Shown here: positions 14,967 through 35,603 of the stretch, one piece after another
How positions within the stretch are numbered: the stretch's first letter is position 1
How the letters are laid out: each line of letters begins with the position of its first letter
Source: the human T2T-CHM13v2.0 reference genome, Homo sapiens
Strand: one strand, 5' to 3'
DNA: 64,000 nt
Assembly: GCF_009914755.1 (NCBI RefSeq)
Contig: NC_060934.1
The notes under the pieces: generated by a model
The model's database searches: none
Seen by the model: the letters and a program-made list of their open reading frames with translations, nothing else
What the model was told of the DNA's origin: nothing
Translations under genes and position numbers: made by a program

Positions 14967-15721
14967 ATAGGTTAGTAGGAATAAAGAGAAGAGGATGATA
15001 AATATCTCCAAAGTAAGTCTTTTGAAACTGATTGCTTAGTATATGCAAAGCCTTGTGTCTTGGGGTATACTGACATGAATCAGACACAGACCCTGCCCTC
15101 AAGGGGTTACCAGTCAAGTGGATACTTAAGCAGCCATGTTTTCTGACCCCTTGTGCCTTCCCAGGGAAAACTATGGAGATCTCTCTCAACCCATCAACAC
15201 CACATCCCTGCCAGATATATAGCAAGTACCAGATATAAATAACTAATGGGTAGAGTCCCATTCTGCCCAAGCCGAGATGCTGCTTGCCACTGTGGACAAA
15301 GCAGGCATAGCTACTTCTGTTTTCACTGAAAACCAGCATGACACTTCTACCCAACTTTTACACGTGGATGTCTTCTCTCCTCTGCTAGTCCATACGCAGA
15401 CTTGAGACAGCCAGTACAGTGTTTCTGTACCCATGGTAAGGGCTCAGTATATACTGCTGGCTGATGGCCCCAGCCTGGGGTTTCCAACATTCATACTTTC
15501 CCTCAGACAGTCCCCTGTCCCAGGCAGTTCATCCTGGACCCTCTAACTCCACAGAGACAAGATCCCTCCCTAGCTCAAATCCACCTCTTCTATTCCTACT
15601 GTTTTTGCTTCTCCAGAGCACTTAGTGCATTATACCCATTATTCTATCATCTCTGCACAAGTCTTTACTCCCGAGAGTCTGCCTGATTGCAAATACCAGA
15701 GCTTGACGCATGTTCAGTGCT

Positions 15722-16238
15722 TGTATCCATCAGTGTTTCCTGCATAATAAAACACCCCAAAACTTAGTTGTGGCTTAAAACAATAACTACTTATTTAGTT
15801 CATGATTTTATGGGTCAGTATTTGAGGCTGGGCTTAGCTGGGCAGTTCTTCTGGTCTCAGCTGGACTCCCTCATGCATACGGGTTCATCGCCAGGCAGTC
15901 AGAAGGCTCTGCTTCTGGGAAGTGGCTAGCTGCCAACTGAGGCAAGTAGGTCGCATGTCTCTCATCTACTAACAGGCTAGCCTAATTTGTTCACATGGAG
16001 CTGCAGGGCTCCGAGAGCACGAGTGGAATGGTGCAAGGTCTCTCAAAGTCTAGGCTCAAAATCGGCACTAGTCCACTTCCACAGTTGTATCGACTAAACC
16101 AAATGGCAAGGCCAACCCAGGTTCGAGGGTGAAGAAATAGACTCCATCTCCTAATGGGAGAAGCAGCGAAGTCACATTGCAAAGAATATGAGTACAGGGA
16201 TGAGCAGAGAGTTGGGGCTAATTTTGTAATCTGTCACA
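15722..16238 (-). mobile_element. Old MaLR LTR (MLT1-type)
   Basis: CACCCCAAAACTTAGTTGTGGCTTAAAACAA...AGAAATAGACTCCATCTC. Confidence 0.7.
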
Positions 16239-16257
16239 GGACTCCATAAGTATTCTT

Positions 16258-16504
16258 GGGCTGGGCTCTGTGGCTCACGCCTGTAATCCCAGCACTTTGG
16301 GAGGCTGAGGCGGGAGGATCACTTGAGCTCACGAGTTCGAGAGCAGCCTGGCAACACGGTGAAACCCCATCTCTACAAAAAATACAAAAAGTAGCCGGGC
16401 ATGGTGGCTTGGGCCTGTAGTCCCAGCTACTCAGGAGGCCGAGGTGGGAGGATAGCTTGAGCCCTAGAGCCCAGGAGGAAGACCAGGTCTCAAAAAAAAA
16501 AAAA
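16258..16504 (+). mobile_element. Alu with internal deletion
   Basis: Alu consensus. Confidence 0.85.
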
Positions 16505-17119
16505 GTATTCTCACAATACCTATTGGGTACTCAGAAAATACTTATCAACAGTGGTAAGATTTTCAGTCACTATGTTTACTGACTCCATTCAATGCAGTCA
16601 ATTGGCAAAATATTATCCCTCACTGTTAGGGTCTACAAGCCTCACACCGTTCGTGGCCATTTTCAGTTTCAGAACAGCCAGTGAGGGAATCAGCGAGGTA
16701 GGGCTGTGCAAGGGAAGGCCCTGAGGCTTCTCGGTGAAGAAGCTCAACTGGCCCCAAACAAATAGTCTCCTCTGAGGAGATCCAGAGCATCTTTAGAGGC
16801 CTGGACCCCTTAGTGAGGTGGTCCAAGCCTGGCCACCTGAGTCAGAAGCTGTACACCCTGAACAGACTCGGATGTTTGCCAGGGCTTGGCTACAGCCTCC
16901 GGAGATGTTTGAAATCCTTGCAAATTACTTGCAGATAGGAAGAGTCTTGTGCTAAGACAAAATTGTTCTGTGGTTATTCCCTGAAGGGTCTGACCCCCAC
17001 TGGGCAGGATAAATTCTCAGGGCACTTGTAAAAGGGACAGTATCCCATTGACAGAGTCAGCATCTCAACTCCTGTGACTGAAGACCCTGATAGAGTCTAC
17101 TTCTCATCAAAGAACTTCT

Positions 17120-17553
17120 AGGCCTGCTAATTAGTTAATTTGTGCGCCCACCCCACATCCACCAGAAAAAAAAAAAAGATATGTTGTAGTCCTAACCCCT
17201 AGTACCTCAGAATGTGGCCTCACTTGGAGGTAGCGTCTTTACAGAAGGAATCAAGTTAAAATTGAAGTCATTAGGGTGGGTCCTAATCCAATATGATTGG
17301 TGTCCTTATAAGAAGTGGTTATTGGTAGACAGGCAGACATGCATAGAGGGAAGATCATGTGAAGAGACACTGGGAGAAGATGGCCATCTACAAGCTAAAG
17401 AGAAAGGCTTGGTACAGGTCCTTCCCTCACAGCTCTCAGAAGGACCCAACGAATACCTTGATTTCAGATTTCTAGACTCCAGAACTGTGAGACAATGAAT
17501 TTCTGTTGGTAAGATACCTGGCCTGCGGCACTTTGTTGCAGTAGCTGTAATAC
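17120..17553 (+). mobile_element. MaLR LTR (MLT1B/C-like)
   Basis: CCTAACCCCTAGTACCTCAGAATGTG...CTCCAGAACTGTGAGACAATGAATTTCTG. Confidence 0.75.
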
Positions 17554-17634
17554 AATATAAAACTGTAAATTTCTCCTTTTCCATTCTATTCTCCTCATAT
17601 TGGCCCTTATCTCACACTTCTTGAAAGAAAATCA

Positions 17635-18412
<778 letters not shown>

Positions 18413-18790
18413 TCAGACCCTGCCCCGACACATCATCCTGTTTCTCACTCTGTCCTCCACCTGGGGCCGCACCTCTCCCTGGAGCTGAGCTACCGACAGC
18501 CAGGAACTAGAGGTAACTCCAAGTCACTGCCATCCTAAGGCAGAAGAGTAGTTCCCCCAGTACCTCTTCCAGAAGGTTCAGCCTGTTGAGAGGTGCCCAC
18601 CCCTCTTACCCTGCCAGGTACTGCAGGTTTACGAAAATTAGCAAGAAGTAGTCAAATTAGCAAGAACTCAAGGCAGTTGTGCTCTGCTATGGAAAATACG
18701 ATTCTAATCAAAGGTGACTCAAGAGGCATTTCTCAAGCGTCAGTTGTTGCCATACCACCTTCCTGATTTTTGCTATATCTGAGCCCCACC

Positions 18791-18991
18791 CAGTGGTGAG
18801 CTGGAGTCACTTGTGCAGACTTGGAGCTTGCTCCTTCTGCCCATTTTTTCCCAGCTCTGGGTACAGTGCCATCACCTGGATTACTAGAAATAGGCATGGT
18901 GGAAGAACTTACACCATAGAAATCAGCACACACTACAAATCATGACTTTTTTTTTTTTTTCTGAAGGAAATGCTTTACCAACACACCATAG
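18791..18991. mobile_element. hAT-Tip100-like (MER97-like) relic
   Basis: Ends CAGTGGTGAGCTGG and CCAACACACCATAG resemble degenerate TIRs. Confidence 0.4.
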
Positions 18992-19135
18992 TATTATTTA
19001 CTTATATTTTTCCTTCAACTCACTTTTTAACTTAAAAAAACATTTATTTTTAAAAAGGAATTTTATATCATTCCACAAGTGGAACATAGTATCATTTGCC
19101 ATAGATAAAAAGTAACCTTAAAAATAGGGCCTTGG

Positions 19136-19793
<658 letters not shown>

Positions 19794-20049
19794 GGCAGAG
19801 TCAGTCTTTTAGAATCCAGTCCTGGTTGTGACATCTATACTTGAAACTGCCTTTGCTAAGTTATAACTGAGGAAATTATGACAGTGAAAGAAATCACACC
19901 TAACCGACTCTATCTTGCTTCTAATCTTTAAGCTGTCCTTGTTCATGCCTGGGCGTAGGCTGAACTAACTTTGGGAAGGAATTCAGTTCGTGATTTTACT
20001 CCGAAACAAAATTGATAATAGCCCTTTCCCGAAAAGACTCCCTTCTTAT

Positions 20050-20356
<307 letters not shown>

Positions 20357-20436
20357 GACTCCTTTCTTGCCAGGGACCAGTCTGCCTTTGCAGGACTAAC
20401 AAATTAGCTACAAGATTAGAAATTACAATTTAGGGG

Positions 20437-21712
20437 GGTGCCCGCGAACCAACGGTTAGCGGTGGCAGGGGCTGACTGAGAGCGTCTGCTTGATAATGGA
20501 TTCTGAATTAATGCATAGTATAGTAGGAAGCTATCATAAACCTCCAGAAAGAGTATTTGTTCCCTCATTCACCCAGAATGAACCATCTCAGAATTGCCAT
20601 CCTGCGAACTTAGAAGTTACCTCTCCTAAGATACTTCATAGCCCAAATAGCCAAGCTCTTATTTTAGCCTTAAAAACTCTTCAGGAAAAAATTCATTGTT
20701 TAGAGCTGGAGAGAACACAAGCTGAAGATGACCTGAACATTCTTTCCAGAGAAGCAGCACAGTATAAGAAGGCCTTAGAGAATGAAACAAATGAGAGAAA
20801 TCTAGCACATCAGGAGCTGATAAAGCAGAAAAAAGATGTAAGTATACAGTTAAGCTCAGCCCAGTCTCGTTGCACTCTTCTAGAGAAGCAACTAGAATAT
20901 ACAAAGAGAATGGTTCTCAATGTAGAGCGAGAAAAGAACATGATCCTAGAACAACAGGCCCAGCTTCAGAGGGAAAAAGAACAAGATCAGATGAAGCTGT
21001 ATGCAAAACTTGACAAGCTTGATGTCTTAGAAAAAGAGTGTTTTAGACTTACAACAACTCAGAAAACTGCTGAGGACAAGATTAAACATTTAGAAGAAAA
21101 ACTTAAGGAAGAAGAACATCAGCGTAAGCTATTTCAAGACAAAGCTTCTGAGCTTCAAACTGGACTTGAAATCAGTAAAATTATGTCTTCAGTTTCAAAT
21201 TTAAAGCACTCCAAGGAAAAGAAGAAATCTTCAAAGAAAACTAAATGTATAAAGAGAGGACCACCTTGGCAAATTTGTTCAAAGTTTGGAGCACTGCCTT
21301 TTGTGGCTGAAAAGATGAGGCAACATCGTGACCCACATATCCTTCAGAAACCTTTTAACGTGACTGAGACTAGATGTCTCCCCAAGCCTTCTAGAACAAC
21401 TGCCTGGTGTAAAGCTATTACTCCTGACTCAGAAAAGTCCATTTCCATTTGTGACAATTTATCTGAACTTTTGATGGCAATGCAAGATGAGCTGGACCAA
21501 ATGAGCATGGAGCACTAAGAACTACTCAAACAAATGAAGGAAACTGAAAGCCATTCAGTCTGTGACGAGATAGAATGTGAACTAGAGTGTTTAGTCAAGA
21601 AAATGGAAATTAAAGGAGAACAAATCTCCGAACTCAAGAAGCATCAAGACAGTGTAAGAAGGCTTTAGTAAGAGATTTTAATAAAAAGATAAAATATCTG
21701 GGAAAAAAAAAA
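20437..21712 (+). pseudogene. CEP57L1P1: Processed pseudogene of CEP57L1 (centrosomal protein 57-like 1)
   Basis: Intronless ORF from ATG 20496 to TAA 21518 (MDSELMHSIVGSYHKPPERVFVPSF...coiled coil). Homology continues in frame past the TAA. AATAAA at 21680, poly(A) at 21703-21712, 19-bp TSD AGAAATTACA(AT/GT)(T/G)TAGGGG at 20418-20436 and 21713-21731. Confidence 0.93.
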
Positions 21713-22337
21713 AGAAATTACAGTGTAGGGGTCATGCAACCTTTGGCTCCAAGAGTCTGAACCTCCCCAAATTGCTCCTGGGGGTAACATCACTATTGTA
21801 AAACCTAAGATCAGTGCTTGAGATATTTTCCAGACCCTGCACTCGATGGATCAGCTGACACCACCCAGACAGGTAGTCTGGCTCAACCAGTTCTGCCATT
21901 GCACCCAGGAACAGAAGATGGCAAGAAAACCTCACTTTAACACCCTATGACTTCATCTCCATTCTAACCAATCAGCACTCCCCACTTCCCAAGCGCCTAC
22001 CTGCCAAATTATCTTTAAAGACTCTGATCTCCGAATGTTCAGGGAGACTGATTTGAGTAATAATTAAACTCTGGTCTCCTGCACAGCTGGCTCTGTGTGA
22101 ATTACTCTATCTCCATTGCAATTCCCCTGTCTTGATAAAGCGGCTGTGTCTAGGCAGCAGGCAAGGTGAACCTATCGGGCGGTTAAATACTCTTGTCCTA
22201 TTCAATAGAAGCAAGTCACTAGGTCCAGCCCACACTCAAGGGGACTGAATTACACAGGGCAAGAATACCAGGAGGTTGAAACCACTGGGAACCATGTCAG
22301 CTGGTGCCAATCACAGTGGCTAATACCAACATTTCTT

Positions 22338-22437
22338 TTCTTTTTTTTTTTTTTTTTTCTGAGACAGAGTCTCACTCTGTCGCCCAGGCTGGAGTGCAGT
22401 GGCCCCTGATCTCGGCTCACTGCAAGCTCCGCCTCCC
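22338..22437 (-). mobile_element. Severely 5'-truncated AluY-type insertion
   Basis: About 80 nt of the 3' end plus tail; perfect 16-bp TSD AATACCAACATTTCTT at 22322-22337 and 22438-22453. Confidence 0.85.
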
Positions 22438-23201
22438 AATACCAACATTTCTTATAAATGGAATAGACTAAAGAAACATGTGGTGGCTCACGCTTGTAAT
22501 CCCAGGATTTTGGCAGGCTGAGATGGGCGGATCACTTGAGGTCAGGAGTTCGAAACCAGCCTGGCCAACATGGCAAAACCCCATCTCTACTAAAAATACA
22601 AAAAAAAAAAAAAAAATAGCAAAAGAACATTTCCCCTGTGCATCCATTGCTCCTTTCCCTTTTGCCTGTTTTTGTTTGTTTGTTTGTGTTTGTTTTTGTT
22701 TTTTTTAAAGCCATACAGAGCCAACAGATACGTCACAGTCTTTCAGGTTCTCCCTATGGGACTAAGAGGCAGAAAAGACAGAAACAGAGAGAGGCACGTA
22801 AATATTTAAGAGAAAGAAAAGACAAGTCATTGTAACTGATTAGATATGAGGAGTAAGGAAAAAGAGGAATTGAGGTTGACCTTTAGTTTTTGGCTGGAAT
22901 GATCAGAAGGATCGTGATGTCATGTACCAAGAGAGGGCATGCAGGGGAGGGGGGAACTGGCACGGGGAGACAGCAGGCTTTATTTAGGAGACATCCACTT
23001 AGAGGGACACCCGGAGGAAGTTAGATATCTGAGCTGGGGGCTTAGCAAGGAATCTAGGCTGAAGCTACAGATTTGGGAACCATTGGAAGAAGCTGAAGCA
23101 ACAGGAGTGGGTAGGCTCACCTGAGGGAGGTGTGGAGTGAGAAAAGAAGAAGACCAAGGGCAAAACCTGGGGAACATCAACATTTCTGTGAGGGGCACTA
23201 G

Positions 23202-24230
<1,029 letters not shown>

Positions 24231-24334
24231 TATCTACCTATCAGTTGAAGACAGTGGAGAATACAAGACTAAGAATGCTGAAGCCTCTCAACCTTATTTT
24301 TATAGCACAAAATGGAGCCTTTTGGATAACCCTC

Positions 24335-25003
<669 letters not shown>

Positions 25004-25329
25004 ACCCCATGGACTCACATTTCTATCTATCAGCTATTTGGCATTTTGTGGGCTTTATTAAAACTGCCAAGCTGTAGCTCCCTCCTCCTCATTGCACCCC
25101 TCTCTTCTCCCCCTGCATTTCCCTTCTCTGACCATGAAGGTAGAACTCATAGGGAGGATATGGTTAAGAAAGTTATCTGGGGATCAGAATACAAGATGTT
25201 CTTCTAGAAGGAACATCTAGATGGAGGAAGGACCCTGGAGTTTCCAAGAGAAGCCAAGCCCTGGGGTGGCTCAGTGTGACTGTTTTATGGAAACATATTC
25301 CCATCAAGGATGTTCCCAAACACGCTTTA

Positions 25330-25682
<353 letters not shown>

Positions 25683-26124
25683 CAGTGAGTTTTTAGGACT
25701 ACATCATTAAACTTTTCCCTGTGCCATTTTAGCCTCTAACCACTGAGCAATCCAGCCCCTGCCTATCACTCCACTTCTCCTCACTCTGAATGTCCTACAG
25801 ATCATTTATTTATTCAAAAGATATTTATTGAGCACCTTACATGTGCCAGACACTGTGCTAGTCCCTGAGAAAAAGTGGAGAACATGACAGGCTGCTTTCA
25901 TAGAACATACAATTTTAGTGGAGGGGCAGATATTAATTGAATCCTCACACAATTATAACTGGACAGGTCATGTGGAGGAGAGGCACACAGGGACATGAAA
26001 GCCTATGACAAGGAGATTGGGCCTTGGCAGAGAGGGTAAGGAAGGCTTCCCTGACAAAATGAATCTGACTGGGAAGGGGATTATAAGAGGTGCATAGGAG
26101 TCAACTAGGTGAATATTAGAGAAT

Positions 26125-27232
<1,108 letters not shown>

Positions 27233-29358
27233 AGAGAACAACCAGGTAAAGGGAATAGCATGTGCAAAGACCCTAGAATGGGAGGAAGCATGGCCTGTTT
27301 GAGGAATAGGAGCACAGAAAGTGTGAGAGAGAGGGTGGGAGAGGAGGACAGACCATGCAGGGCCTTATTCAAGATCCCAAGAGTTATGGGGAGCCATGGA
27401 AGAAAGAGTGATGATGCAATCCAATCTACATTGTTCGTTATTGCTACCCCACAGCTTCTGAGTCCAGTTCAGTGTGGATGGATGAATTACCCATCCAAAT
27501 CCAGCCAGAAGATATGGATGCAAGGAGTTGTCACCAAGGCAGGTGGATCCCATGGCTAGATGGGAGCTCCATGAGGTCTACCCTTGTTCATCCCTGAGCC
27601 CAAAGCCAGGACCATTCCAGGAGCTGGGCAAATACTTCTGAGTGAATTCATTCATGGATAAATGGAAGCCAAGTAGCTTGTCTAAAGCCTGCATGGAGAA
27701 TCAGATGCCCAAGAGTCAAGTCAGCATCTTCCACCCTGAATCCAACAGTGCCCACCCAGTCATCGTAAAAATCTGGGCTCACCCAAGAAAAATCTGGGCT
27801 CCCCTTTGCCCAGGGGAGCCTCTTACCTCTTGCCTCAACTTGGTGAGCACTTGGCTCCCAGGCTCTGTACGCAATGTTCTTTGCCTTGGGCTGTGGCTGG
27901 CACAAGGCAGGGCACACCATTCACTGTTTGGATGACCGTGCATTTCCATCTCAAAAGTGCTCTCTCTGGTTGAGCTCAAGCTATGAAAACCAGCACATCC
28001 CACCAGGTGTGGTGTGGCATTAAGCATCCTGCCCACTTCGATGGTTGCTTTCACCTGCAGTCCAGGGGTTATAGGAGTTGTACCCATGAAGAATCTTCTA
28101 CTAAATATCAGGATGAAGAGGAAGAAAGATATGAATGACAGGTGTTGAATTGTAATAAGTAGGCAGAAAATAATACCGGTTTCAATAGATGACTTTATTA
28201 GGCCTATGTAACACTGAGCAAGCTGTACCTCATTTTCTGAAGTCTACAGCTACAGACAAAAGGCATCACCTGACAAGACCTCCAAATGAGGGAAATACTA
28301 AAACTCAAGCATGGACCCCTCCAGCATACTGGGCAGACAGACACACTGCTAGCCTGCTGCTCCTCTCCAGCCCTAATGGCCCTGGCACCTTCCTGAATCC
28401 AGCTTGGTGCTTAATCGCCTTTCCCGTCAGCCAAGCCTCGGCTAGGCCTGACAGTTAATCCTCAGTAGAGCGCTCTGTGAATGAGGAGTTTTTCCTTCTA
28501 TTTTTTGGACAACAGGCTCAGAGCTCACGGTCATACAGCAAGCTGGTAGTTAGAGCTAGCATTTAAACCAAGGTATGCCTGATGTCAAAGCCTAGGCACA
28601 GTGACATGTTCCAAACAACTGTGAGAGGCCAGAGAAATTTCTAGAGATACAGCAGATCACTTTGGACAAGCTAGCTACTCTGAGGCTGCTTCCTCATTTG
28701 TAAAATAGATAGGTATAATAATGCCTACTATGTATGGCAGTGGTATTAGAGGTAAGATCTCTAAAAGACACCTAGCACAGCACCTGACACAACCTGGACA
28801 CTTAAACATGCTATCTGTTATTATGATCACTTTCTCAACACATTCTGCCTTATATTTCAGGAGCTCAGGAGATGGACACCCCACATTCTTCAGGAGTGCA
28901 GGAAGCCAACAGGTGCAGGAGAAAGTGCAGAGGACCACCAACCAGGAGCTTGGGTTCTAGTCCCAGCTCCACCAGGTCCTGGCTATAGGACCTCAGGGAA
29001 GTCACTCAACCTCTTTGACCCTCAGCTTCATCTGTAAAATGTACATAAGAATAATAAGCAGGCTGCCTCCATCACTGGGCTGTGGCTCAGCGTAAATGAG
29101 GTTAGTTGTTGTTAAAGTGCTTTGTGAAGTGGAAAAGTGTTATCTAAATGTAAGGGGCTATTATCCTTACAATGATACAGATCTAGCATGAGTAGCTACA
29201 TCACAGAGGGCGGAAACCAGCCTCCCTGTCCCCCTGGGAAAGACAGGACCAGAGGGAACAGGGGCAGCAGGTGAGTGCAGGTGATTAGAAAGAATGGGTT
29301 TTGGGAAGCCAAAGTGGCTGAACATTGGAATCGATGACTGCAGAAGGGATACCCCTAG

Positions 29359-33545
<4,187 letters not shown>

Positions 33546-34000
33546 TGATGCACTTTATCAACCACACACTGTAAGCTCTACACAAATGTAAACTAGTATC
33601 TTCCCCTTTCCTTCCACTAGAAGTGTCTCTGTTGGCATGTCCAAAGTCTCAGAGTCTTTCAAGGTTAAACTCAGCCCTCTGCAACTCTGGCAGCTTCCAG
33701 ATGGCAGGACAGGCAGGGGACTTTTTTTTCTGGATTCTTGGGGCACTCACCACAAAATCAGTACCATGTAATGCCCTGGCCTGCCCTGGGCTGTTGTAAG
33801 TTCTTTTGTCTATGTTCTTGCCAAGCACCTGTTTGACCCTCTGAGCAGTGAAGCAATAGCTGTTTTCCCCTCAACCTCTCTTACCCTTATTTCTCTCATT
33901 TGCAAAATGGGAATGATGGTAGCTATGTTGGCCTTACCCATGAGTGTCTTCCCAGTCCCACCTTGGGCATGTTGTGGGCAGAAGTAGTGCTGCCCTAGTG

Positions 34001-34551
34001 CAGCGGTTCTCAAAGTGTGATCTGGAGAGCCCCTCGGGGATCTGAGACAACCTTCTTTTCTAACTACATACCTGTGTGAGGCTGGGTTTTCTTCATATAG
34101 TTGAATCAACACATTACAACAGCTTGAACACAGAAACAGATATGAGAATACAGCTGTTTTCTATTAAGCCAGATATTAAAGCGTTTGCAAAAATATAAAA
34201 TAATGCCACTGTTCTCACTATTTGTTTTAGATAATTAAAAAATATAATGTCAACATGTAATAGGTTATTATTTTATGAATTAATAAACATTTAAAACATT
34301 CTCAGTTTTAATTTGTTTTTTGTTGTTGTTGTTGTTGTTGTTTTTTAGAGACAGGGCCTCACTCTGTTGCCCAGGCCGGAATGCAGTGGCTATTCACAGG
34401 TACAATCCCACTAGTGATCAGCAGCGGCTCAGTTTTAATTTCTAATACAATAATTATCAATACATATAATCCACACAAACAAAAGCTCTTGGAAATCCTC
34501 AATAATTTTCAAGAATGTAGAGGTACTGAGACCCAAAGTTTGAGAACCCCT
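34001..34551. mobile_element. hAT-Charlie family DNA transposon relic hosting the 7SL fragment
   Basis: Terminal inverted repeats CAGCGGTTCTCAAA...TTTGAGAACCCCT; Charlie-like internal sequence. Confidence 0.65.
34315..34427 (-). pseudogene. 5'-truncated 7SL RNA (RN7SL) retrocopy with a (CAA)n-degenerate tail
   Basis: Minus strand reads TGCTGATCACTAGTGGGATTGTACCTGTGAATAGCCACTGCA (7SL S-domain end, absent from Alu); 14-bp TSD CTCAGTTTTAATTT at 34301-34314 and 34428-34441. Confidence 0.8.
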
Positions 34552-35201
34552 CGAGGAAAGAATAGAGTTCCAGATCTAGATTTTTCAGGTACCTCATGGT
34601 CTAAGCCCTCTCCTGTGCCTCATTTTAACTCTAATACAATAATACTCATTCTTGTTGCCATGAGTGGCTCTTGGTTTCTTCCTTTTCCTAATGTTTAGAT
34701 CTTGCTTTATGTGTGTATATAGTGATGGTCTTTGGAAGGATACACAATTAACTGGTACAGCGGTTGAGGGGAGTTCGGAAACTGGGAGAAAGTGGCACCA
34801 TAAACCTTTCTGCTCTGTTTGATTTTTAAAATACAGTACATCGTGCATGTAGTGCCTGAATTAATAATGAACAATTAAAAGTAAAATTACATTTTTAATG
34901 CATAGGAATGCATGAGAAACTCAAGTCTGCTCAAGTAAAGTGGTGTTAACCGACAATGACAAACAATAAGAAGAAAGTTTTCCTTGTCCGCCTTCACCGG
35001 GCTCACAAACACTTAGCTCGCGCTCCCTCTGGCTCTTCTCCCGCTCGCTGGGGTTAAGCCACTCTCTTCCTCAGCCCTGCCCCTCGTCCCCGCCCCCTTC
35101 AACAACTTCAGCCACGCCCCTCACTGCCTCGCCCCGCCCCGCGGCGACGTCACCTCCGGCCGACCAGCTTCCCCAACTCCCTCTGGCTCCCGCCTTCGCC
35201 C

Positions 35202-35458
35202 GCTTCCGGTCGTCGTCGTCGCCGCTGCTGCCGCTGCTGTTGCTCCTGAGGCTGCTGGCTGAGGCCGGAGGATCGAGCGGCGGCGGCGGCGGCGGCTGAG
35301 AGGGCGGCGGCGGGAGCGGAGCGGGACGAGGGAACGGGAGGAAGCGAGCGAGGAGCGCGCAGAGCGCGCTTTTCCGTCCGCCTGAGGAGCCGAAGCAGCC
35401 CCGGCCCCGCCGCCGCCGCCTGCCCGCCGGACAAAGCCGAGAGCCCGCGCCCACAGCC
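35202..35458 (+). other. EIF4EBP2: EIF4EBP2 5'UTR (TSS approximate), GC-rich with CGG/CCG runs
   Basis: ATG-free GC-rich leader before ACAGCC ATG. Confidence 0.7.
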
Positions 35459-35603
35459 ATGTCCTCGTCAGCCGGCAGCGGCCACCAGCCCAGCCAGAGC
35501 CGCGCCATCCCCACCCGCACCGTGGCCATCAGCGACGCCGCGCAGCTACCTCATGACTATTGCACCACGCCCGGGGGGACGCTCTTCTCCACCACACCGG
35601 GAG
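35459..35603 (+). CDS. EIF4EBP2: EIF4EBP2 (4E-BP2) coding exon 1: RAIP motif, T37/T46 phosphosites
   Basis: [48 protein letters not shown]+G; donor G|GTGAGC at 35604. Confidence 0.98.

Noticed and set aside
35420-35458. In-frame upstream CTG giving a 13-aa N-terminal extension of 4E-BP2
   Set aside because: Poor context (C at -3 and +4); cannot be supported without Ribo-seq
35071-35529. 152-aa antisense ORF over EIF4EBP2 exon 1
   Set aside because: Explained by GC content and triplet runs; no independent support
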